The notes under the pieces were generated by a model. The model saw only the letters and a program-made list of their open reading frames with translations, was not told the DNA's origin and ran no database searches. From contig CAWAWP010000003.1 in the NCBI GenBank assembly GCA_963785845.1, positions 479,521 through 543,520 of the forward strand: DNA of 64,000 nt, given 5' to 3'. Position numbers and translations under genes: made by a program. Each line of letters begins with the position of its first letter. The stretch's first letter is position 1. Origin of the DNA: an uncultured Chloroflexia bacterium. Lineage in GTDB: Bacteria > Chloroflexota > Ktedonobacteria > Ktedonobacterales > JADMIN01. This document shows positions 55,881 to 64,000 of this stretch, one piece after another.

Positions 55881-55953
55881 CTCGTGAGGGTGGCGCCACC
55901 CAACCCGCCCTTCACTCACCCTCGCCGGCGACTCGCGCCACAATCGGCGCGAC

Positions 55954-57410
<1,457 letters not shown>

Positions 57411-57416
57411 AACACG

Positions 57417-58526
57417 ATGAGCGACGACCCGCTGAAGAACGATGGCGCACCGGGAGACGCGCTGCCCGAGCGACCGGCGACGGAGACGCCCGCAGACGCG
57501 CCCATAGACGCGACGCAGCCCAGGCAGGCGGCAATTTCTTCGCGGGCGGGAGGCACATCTGGAGGCCAACCGAGCGCGACTCAAGGGGGGGCGCCTTCGG
57601 CGGCAAGATCAGTTCGCGGGACGTCGAGCCAGGCGCTTACCCGGCGCACCGTGCGGACGGTGCATTATACCCTGAGCTATATCGTGCGCAACGAGAGCGC
57701 CGGGACACGCGGCGCGGTGGTGCTGCTCCACGATCTGCCCGGCGGCGCGTTCACCTGGCAAGACGTGCTGCCCGCGCTCGAGGCGACGGGACGCGCCGTC
57801 TACGCCTTCGACCTGCTTGGCTATGGGCAGTCGGAGCATCCCTGGCCGTCGGATACCTCGGTCTGGGGCCACGCCGACAACCTCTCGTATGCCTTCCAAT
57901 CGTTGGGGCTCTCGGAGGTCGTGCTGGTGGGCTTCGGGCTAGGCGGGGGCGTGGCGCAGGTGCTGGCGACGCGGCTTTATCGCCGGCATGTGGCGAAGCT
58001 GGTGCTGATCGGCTCCTACGGCTACGAGTATGCCTTCGCGCCGAACTGGCCGCTGCCCGACATGGCGAAGCGTCAAGACCCCGACGCGCCAAAGCACACG
58101 CCAACCGATCAGGTGCTAGCGGACCTGCGAGCGACGCTACCGCAGGGCGCGGCCAATGGCACCTTCATCGCGGGCAGCGCGCTGGAGGCCTACGTCAATG
58201 AGTGGAATAGCCATGTCGGCAAGGAACTGCTCTTCCAACACATCCGCCTGATGATGCCGCTGTATATGAATTCGGTCTCGTCGTATCTGCGAACGCTGGA
58301 GGCGCCGACGCTGCTGATCTGGGGCGAGAAGGATATGGTGACGCCGGTGAGCGTGCTGGGTGAGCGCATGGCGCGCGAGATCCCCAACGCGCGTTTGGCG
58401 GTGTTGCCGGGTGCGGGGCACCTGGTGTTGGACGAGGCGGCGAGCGGCGTGGCCGGGTTGCTGGCGGAGTTCGCCGGGTCGCGTGCGGACGAGAGCTTTG
58501 TGGTGACGAGCGCGCAGCGCGGATAG
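57417..58526 (+). CDS. Alpha/beta-hydrolase fold protein with atypical nucleophile elbow
   Basis: LLHDLPG, FDLLGYG, GFGLGGG, WGEKD, AGH. Confidence 0.85.
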   Translation: MSDDPLKNDGAPGDALPERPATETPADAPIDATQPRQAAISSRAGGTSGGQPSATQGGAPSAARSVRGTSSQALTRRTVRTVHYTLSYIVRNESAGTRGAVVLLHDLPGGAFTWQDVLPALEATGRAVYAFDLLGYGQSEHPWPSDTSVWGHADNLSYAFQSLGLSEVVLVGFGLGGGVAQVLATRLYRRHVAKLVLIGSYGYEYAFAPNWPLPDMAKRQDPDAPKHTPTDQVLADLRATLPQGAANGTFIAGSALEAYVNEWNSHVGKELLFQHIRLMMPLYMNSVSSYLRTLEAPTLLIWGEKDMVTPVSVLGERMAREIPNARLAVLPGAGHLVLDEAASGVAGLLAEFAGSRADESFVVTSAQRG

Positions 58527-58628
58527 GTGGGTGTCTGCCAGTCGCGCATAGGCTGTTGCTGTGTGGCGTGCGGGCGACGCATGCCGGAATCCGCCACTGA
58601 TTCTGCGACAACCGAGCGGCGCGCGCTG

Positions 58629-58859
58629 TTACGAGGCGAGCCGGTGGGAGCCGGGGAGGCCGCGCTGGTAGCGGACGTATTCGTCGAGGGCGCGGAGATA
58701 GGCGTCGTACATGCGCTCAAGAACGTGGATCGGCTGCTGGCGCTGCTCGGCCATGGCGAGGTCGTACCACTTCTTCTCCATGCGGCGCTCGATGCGCTCA
58801 AGCTCGCTCATCGGCCGGGGCTGGGCGCGCTGGCCAGAGGTGGACTGGGTGCTCTCCAT
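58629..58859 (-). CDS. Small helical hypothetical protein
   Basis: GAGGAG RBS; 76 aa, helical and charged. Confidence 0.7.
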   Translation of the reverse strand: MESTQSTSGQRAQPRPMSELERIERRMEKKWYDLAMAEQRQQPIHVLERMYDAYLRALDEYVRYQRGLPGSHRLAS

Positions 58860-58890
58860 CGGGAGTCTCCTCTCTCGGTAGGGATGTCAT

Positions 58891-59335
58891 TTCTGCCGAT
58901 TCTGCCGATTTTTGATTTCCTGTAACCTCATTCCGCGGGAGGCGGAGGAAAGCGGCAATCGCGGCGCGTGAATGCGAGCGTTGCGCCGCGAGCGGTATGC
59001 ATGACGAGATGTACCGGGCAGGGATCGAGCGCGCTGCGAGCGGGACGGCGCACGGCGGGTGGCTTGCCAATTCTGCCGATCTTGCCGTTTCTGCCGGAAT
59101 TCGCATTTTTCGCGACGAGGATTGTGCCGAGTTTGCCGAACTGGCGAGTATGCGCGGCGGGGAGCGCGGCGATGCCGGCGATGCGTGCGCCGTGCGCGTA
59201 GAGTGCGACGGGGCATGGCGGTGCGTTAGTGCGGCGTGGCGGCGTTTGGAGGGGGATGCGCGTCCGGCGAGGCAGGAGCGGCGAGAGGTTTTTTGCCGAT
59301 TCTGCCGTTTTTGCCGTTTTTGGCATTGTTGCCGG
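58891..59335. repeat. Clusters of 9-bp tandem repeat, consensus TTYTGCCGW
   Basis: Units at 58891-58908 (2), 59062-59097 (4), 59122-59139 (2), 59291-59335 (5). Confidence 0.85.
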
Positions 59336-59376
59336 ACGCGCCTTTGGCATGGGATGACCTCTGCGGTCGGCGACGG

Positions 59377-60465
59377 CTATTGATCGTCGTCGCCGATAGT
59401 GTCGGAGTCGTCGGCGGGGCCGACGCTAGCGGGCGTGGCGGCGCTGCGGATCTGGTTTTCGATGGCCTCAGCGACGTCGGGATTCTGGCGCAGGTAGTCT
59501 TTGGCGTTTTCGCGGCCCTGGCCGAGACGGATGTCGCCAACGGAGAAGAAGGCGCCAGCCTTCTTGACGATGCCCATTTCAAGGCCGATATCGAGCAGAC
59601 CGCCTTCGCGGGAGATGCCTTCGTTGAACATGATATCGAACTCGCAGACACGGAAGGGCGGCGCGACTTTGTTCTTGACGACTTTGACTTTGGCGCGGCT
59701 GCCCATCGGCTCGGTGCCGACTTTGATGGTGTCGATGCGGCGGATGTCGAGGCGGATGGAGGCGTAGAACTTGAGGGCGCGACCGCCGGAAGTCGTCTCG
59801 GGGTTGCCGAACATGATGCCGACTTTTTCGCGGAGTTGGTTGGTGAAGATCACGGTCGTCTTGGAGTTGTTGATGGCGCCGGTGAGCTTGCGGAGTGCCT
59901 GGCTCATCAGGCGGGCTTGCAGGCCAACGTGGGCGTCGCCCATCTCGCCTTCGATCTCGGCGCGGGGCACGAGGGCGGCAACAGAGTCGATGACGACGAC
60001 GTCGATGGCGCCGCTACGGACGAGCATCTCGACGATCTCCAGCGCCTGCTCGCCAGTATCTGGCTGGGAGATGAGCAGCTCGCTGACATTGACGCCGACG
60101 CGTTCGGCGTAGGCGGGGTCGAGGGCATGTTCGGCGTCGACGATGGCACAGATGCCGCCGCGCCGCTGGGCGTTGGCGATGACGTGGAGGCAGAGGGTGG
60201 TCTTGCCGGAGCTTTCGGGGCCGTAGACCTCGGTGATGCGCCCGCGAGGGATGCCGCCGACGCCGAGGGCGAGATCGAGGGCGATGGCGCCAGTGGGGAT
60301 CGATTCGACTTTGACGTGGGCGCGGCTCTCGCCGAGCTTCATGATGGCGCCTTTGCCGAAGCGGCGCTCGATCTGGGTGACGGTGAGTTCGAGGGATTTC
60401 TCGCGCTCGGTGGCACTGGCTCCGTAGGCGAGAGTGGTAGCAGTGACTTCGCGGCTGGCTGGCAT
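59377..60465 (-). CDS. recA: Recombinase A
   Basis: [45 protein letters not shown]. Confidence 0.99.
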   Translation of the reverse strand: MPASREVTATTLAYGASATEREKSLELTVTQIERRFGKGAIMKLGESRAHVKVESIPTGAIALDLALGVGGIPRGRITEVYGPESSGKTTLCLHVIANAQRRGGICAIVDAEHALDPAYAERVGVNVSELLISQPDTGEQALEIVEMLVRSGAIDVVVIDSVAALVPRAEIEGEMGDAHVGLQARLMSQALRKLTGAINNSKTTVIFTNQLREKVGIMFGNPETTSGGRALKFYASIRLDIRRIDTIKVGTEPMGSRAKVKVVKNKVAPPFRVCEFDIMFNEGISREGGLLDIGLEMGIVKKAGAFFSVGDIRLGQGRENAKDYLRQNPDVAEAIENQIRSAATPASVGPADDSDTIGDDDQ

Positions 60466-60564
60466 GCCTGTCTCCTTCTTTTGCCGCCCTCCGCTGCTGG
60501 GGGCCGGCGTGCCGAACTGTGTGGGACGCGTGTGCGGGACGCTACGGCCACCGGAGTGTGATTA

Positions 60565-60607
60565 GAACACGTGTACAAATTGTACGCCGGTGGGGCGATG
60601 GCGTCAA
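60565..60607 (-). promoter_or_regulatory. recA promoter with LexA box
   Basis: TTGACG-N17-TACAAT; GAACACGTGTAC (60565-60576) lies 2 nt downstream of the -10. Confidence 0.88.
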
Positions 60608-60678
60608 GTGGGTGTGTTATGGGTGTGTGATGCGTTTCGTGAGTTGTATTCCGTGTGGGTGGCGTGAGAACGGAAGAA

Positions 60679-60716
60679 GTCACCCCCGGCCCCTCGCCCA
60701 TGGGGAGAAGGGAAGC
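60679..60716. repeat. REP-like GC-rich palindrome
   Basis: GTCACCCCCGGCCCCTCGCCC-ATG-GGGAGAAGGG; similar to 34730-34765 and 22298-22330. Confidence 0.45.
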
Positions 60717-61152
60717 AGAGCAGGGTGGCTGTGGCCGCGAAGCCCGCCTCTGCGGGTTCAGAGCCTTCGGAGGGCAACGAAGGTTTCCGTGCGGCGCAGT
60801 CATGGAACGATTAACGATACGACGGCGCAGGTTCGTATAGTGTCGCTCATGAAGGGGGAAATGGCTAGCAAGCGAGACTTCCGCGTCGGGTGGTTGGCGG
60901 CATGAACGTCGCGGAGCGCGATACCCGGCGCGAGGTGGCGCGCGACGTGGAAACGCCACGGGGGAAAGCAGTAGATGATGGCGCCGACGCGCATATTTTG
61001 GTCGGCATCGTAGTCAAGGATAGCGCAAAGTCACTGGAGTTCTCGCGGCGGCCGGGACTTGCGACCGCCGCCGTGGACGCAGGGCGGCACCATCGCGCTG
61101 CCCTCAGCGGGCTACGGCGCGTGGCGGATGCGCGACGAAGATGCGACGAAGA

Positions 61153-61566
61153 CTATTCGGCCTCCGCGCTGAATGATGAGAGCATCCAGTTGTGGCCGAA
61201 GGGGTCGGTGAGTTTGCCATTGCGGTGGCCGTGGCCTTGATCCGCTACGGGGCGCAGCACGGTGGCTCCGGCACTGAGTGCACGGTCGAACCAGGCGTCG
61301 ACGTCGGGGACGGTGAGGTGGAGCAGGACAGGGGAGCCGCCGAGGGTCCGCGGGCTGAGTACGTCGATCTCGGGAAACTCGTCGGCGAGGAAGAGGCGTG
61401 CTTCGCCAATACGCAGTTCGGCGTGGCCGATGCGATGGTTGGGGGCATCGAGCCGCAACGTCTCGATGGCGCCGAACGCTTGGGTGTAGAACTCGATGGC
61501 GCGGGCGGCGTCATGGACGCAGAGGTACGGTGTGAGGGCGATGCGCGTGACGTCATCTTCGCTCAT
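61153..61566 (-). CDS. VOC/PhnB-like glyoxalase
   Basis: AIEFYTQAFGA, HAELRIG, DPFGHNW. Confidence 0.9.
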   Translation of the reverse strand: MSEDDVTRIALTPYLCVHDAARAIEFYTQAFGAIETLRLDAPNHRIGHAELRIGEARLFLADEFPEIDVLSPRTLGGSPVLLHLTVPDVDAWFDRALSAGATVLRPVADQGHGHRNGKLTDPFGHNWMLSSFSAEAE

Positions 61567-61713
61567 GAGTTGTCCCTTTCGACAGGTTGTCGCGGTGGGC
61601 ATGCGTCTCGCGTCCACCGTAGGTTCATGGTACACGGGCGAAGGCTGCGCTCGAAGCAGGCATGACCGCTGATCGCGGATCGGGCTAGGACAAGATACGT
61701 GGGAGACGCCGCG

Positions 61714-63087
61714 CTACGACGACGCCTGGAACCACCTGAGGGCCAGAACGCGTTCGTGGTCGGTGGCGAGAGGCAGTTGAGGCTGCTGCTGGTGGGCGAG
61801 CGCGTTGCCGGCGAGAACCACGCCGAAGCGATACATGTAGACGGCGGCATCGGCGGGAATACCCACCGCGGGGGGATGGACGTCATCGCTGGCGCTGAAG
61901 ATTTCGATACAGCCATCCACGGGATTCGGCGCCAGCGCGCTGTTCGCGAAGGAGGACCCGGTGAGCATGATCGGTGGGACGCCGCCGGCGGGGAAGAAGA
62001 TGGCGTCGCCGCAGATTGGACCGAACTCGGTTGGCGGTGACAACGCGACAAGTGACCAGACGTTGTTGATCCAGCGAACTTTGAGCGTGAGGGAGGAGTC
62101 AATCACGGTGCTGGTGGAGGGGACGTACGCGCCATCCGGCGTAGAGAAATGCCACTCCGCGACCACGTGCGCCTGGATGGTCCAAGCGGTGGGGTCGACT
62201 TGGCCGTAGACATTGCAGAAGCTGATGCAGGAGGGATTGGGCGGCAGGTCGGGGAAAGGGCGCGAAGGATCGACGTTGAGATCGAGGGTGAGACTGGCGA
62301 TCAGCGGCATGCTGGCGACGGCGGCGCCGTCGACGCCGAGGTAGTGGTCGCCGCGCGCGACGATGGCGGTCTGCGGGCTTGCCGCGAACGTGGCGGAGAC
62401 CGTCCCCACGAGACTATCGTACGCATCGGCGGGAAGGTCGTTGGGCGAGGCCCCCAAATTGACGGCACGTACTGTGGAGAGCCCAGTGAGGGTCGGGTTG
62501 CTGCTGGCGAGCGGGCACGTGTCGTGCCGAACGTCTGCAGGCACACTGATCTGGCAGCGCAGCGTGGCGAATGGCGCGGCGACGAAGCGCACGGCGTGCG
62601 TGCCGCGGTCGAGGGTGACGGAGGTATCGTCGCCCAGGAGGGTGACGGCGTTGCCGTCGACGGTGAGCGTGCCCCATGGAACGCTCTGCACGAAGTAGAT
62701 GACGCTATCGCCGGGTTCGATGGCGATGACTGGCGCGGGCGTTGCCGGGTTGAGCGCCTCGCCAAGCCCCTGGCGAATGCCCGTGAGTTTCAGCAAAACG
62801 GCGAGGCAGATCACCAGCGCGATGCTGGTGGCGACGAGGCCGCGCGCTCGGGCGGAGGTGGGGAGGCGCGGTGGGCGACGTGGGAAAGTGGGCGCGTCAG
62901 ATTCGAGCGAGGTGACGGTAAACTCGTCGTCGGCGTCATCCCATGTGAGATCGCGGCCGGCGGGTGCGGTGATGTGGGCGGCGGGAGAGGAGGCGAGATG
63001 GCGATCGAGGATTTGGCCCGTACGCAGATCGGAGACCTCCAGCACGAAGTCCTCGCCGTCGGCGTCCATGCCGTTTCGCGGTTCCAT
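61714..63087 (-). CDS. Single-TM hypothetical protein with Cys-containing extracellular region
   Basis: Duplicated acidic N-terminal motif (DFVLEVSDL / EFTVTSL), TM helix, VPWGTLTVDG. Confidence 0.75.
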   Translation of the reverse strand: MEPRNGMDADGEDFVLEVSDLRTGQILDRHLASSPAAHITAPAGRDLTWDDADDEFTVTSLESDAPTFPRRPPRLPTSARARGLVATSIALVICLAVLLKLTGIRQGLGEALNPATPAPVIAIEPGDSVIYFVQSVPWGTLTVDGNAVTLLGDDTSVTLDRGTHAVRFVAAPFATLRCQISVPADVRHDTCPLASSNPTLTGLSTVRAVNLGASPNDLPADAYDSLVGTVSATFAASPQTAIVARGDHYLGVDGAAVASMPLIASLTLDLNVDPSRPFPDLPPNPSCISFCNVYGQVDPTAWTIQAHVVAEWHFSTPDGAYVPSTSTVIDSSLTLKVRWINNVWSLVALSPPTEFGPICGDAIFFPAGGVPPIMLTGSSFANSALAPNPVDGCIEIFSASDDVHPPAVGIPADAAVYMYRFGVVLAGNALAHQQQPQLPLATDHERVLALRWFQASS

Positions 63088-63191
63088 CGCGGGTCGTCTC
63101 CTCTAGCGCGCCGTCTCCTCACGCGGAGTATAGGGCGATGCGACGCCGCCAACAAAGTGAGGAGTAGCGCTACACCGAGGGTGTGGAGCGG

Positions 63192-64000
63192 TCACGTGGT
63201 GGGGATGGGATCGCTGGCGAGGTCGGGCGATTCGGGCGCTGGCGCGTTGGCCGAGGGCAGGCTGACGCCGCGAAGGTTGACCATGGCGTAGAGTCCGCCG
63301 AGGAGCACTATCAGCGCGGCGGCGCCGAAGATTGTGTCGAGCGGACCGAAGGTGACACCACCGATGGACTGCGAGAAGCCACGGAGGACGTTACTGGCGA
63401 GTAAGCCAGCGAGGGCGGTGGAAATCAATATGGTGATGGTGAGCGCGGGTTGGACGATCGCCACCGCGCGGCCCAAGAGATGGCGTGGGGTGACGCGCAT
63501 GAAGATCGGCCCGACGGCGATGTTGAGCGTGGCCTGTGGCACCCCGGCGAGGAAGAGGACGGGGATGGCGGGGCCGAAACTGGTGAGCCGCGAGTAGACG
63601 CCCAGGCCGATGCCGAGCAGTATCAGCGAGAGCCAGACGAGGCGGGTGAGGCCGAGACGCCGCGCGAAGAGGCCGCCGATCACCGCGCCGATCAGTGCGC
63701 CAGCGGCGTAGGCGGCACTGGCGAAGCCGTAGTAGAGCGCCGGGGTATGGAGGTTGTTGGTGAAGAAGAAGACGTCGAGGGCGTTGAGCGCGCCCGCGCC
63801 GAGGCCGGTGATGAGGATGGCGATGAGCAAGGTGACGAGCACGCGATTGCCGAAGAAGAAGCGCAGCCCAGAGCCGTATTCACGGAGCAGCGTGCTGCGC
63901 TGGTGGCTGGAAGGCTGCGTGTCTTCGCGGGTGACGCGCATCGCGGCGATGGCGAGGAATGAGACGCCGAACGAGGCGGCGTCGATCAGCAGTGCCCACT
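63192..64000 (-). CDS. MFS transporter (C-terminal part; runs off the window)
   Basis: DAASF, GLRF, VTPRHLLGRA; multi-TM. Confidence 0.88.
   Translation of the reverse strand, partial: WALLIDAASFGVSFLAIAAMRVTREDTQPSSHQRSTLLREYGSGLRFFFGNRVLVTLLIAILITGLGAGALNALDVFFFTNNLHTPALYYGFASAAYAAGALIGAVIGGLFARRLGLTRLVWLSLILLGIGLGVYSRLTSFGPAIPVLFLAGVPQATLNIAVGPIFMRVTPRHLLGRAVAIVQPALTITILISTALAGLLASNVLRGFSQSIGGVTFGPLDTIFGAAALIVLLGGLYAMVNLRGVSLPSANAPAPESPDLASDPIPTT

Noticed and set aside
58891-59335. Possible CRISPR array
   Set aside because: The units are 9-bp tandem repeats without regular unique spacers, and no cas genes are in the window.

Overview
This is a high-GC bacterial chromosome segment. Gene content and the GAAC-N4-GTTC/GTAC SOS boxes suggest Chloroflexota, probably Ktedonobacterales-like (inference). 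Housekeeping genes are gyrA, eno and recA (with a LexA box), an Arg T-box-controlled argH-argG-argF-carA operon next to tRNA-Arg(CCG), queD-queE and a DksA/TraR homologue. The left end holds a small decaying island: a truncated TIR gene, an intact IS481-family element (20-bp inverted repeats, 7-bp target duplication) and a lower-GC gene with a HEPN-like RxxxxH motif. Most striking unexplained signal: three dispersed intergenic units (about 270-547 minus, 23162-23494 plus, 53259-53460 plus). Each has an extended -10 promoter, an SOS box at the start site, and a near-invariant 28-nt motif GAC(G/A)AAAAAGCGGAAGAAAACGGAAATT with an upstream complementary segment. They are candidates for a DNA-damage-inducible structured ncRNA or repeat family. 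Clusters of a 9-bp repeat lie just downstream of recA. A comA-VOC-acyl-CoA ligase-acyltransferase-esterase cluster may be an undescribed sulfonate-acylation pathway. Several genes carry single-base frameshifts, probably sequencing or assembly errors.
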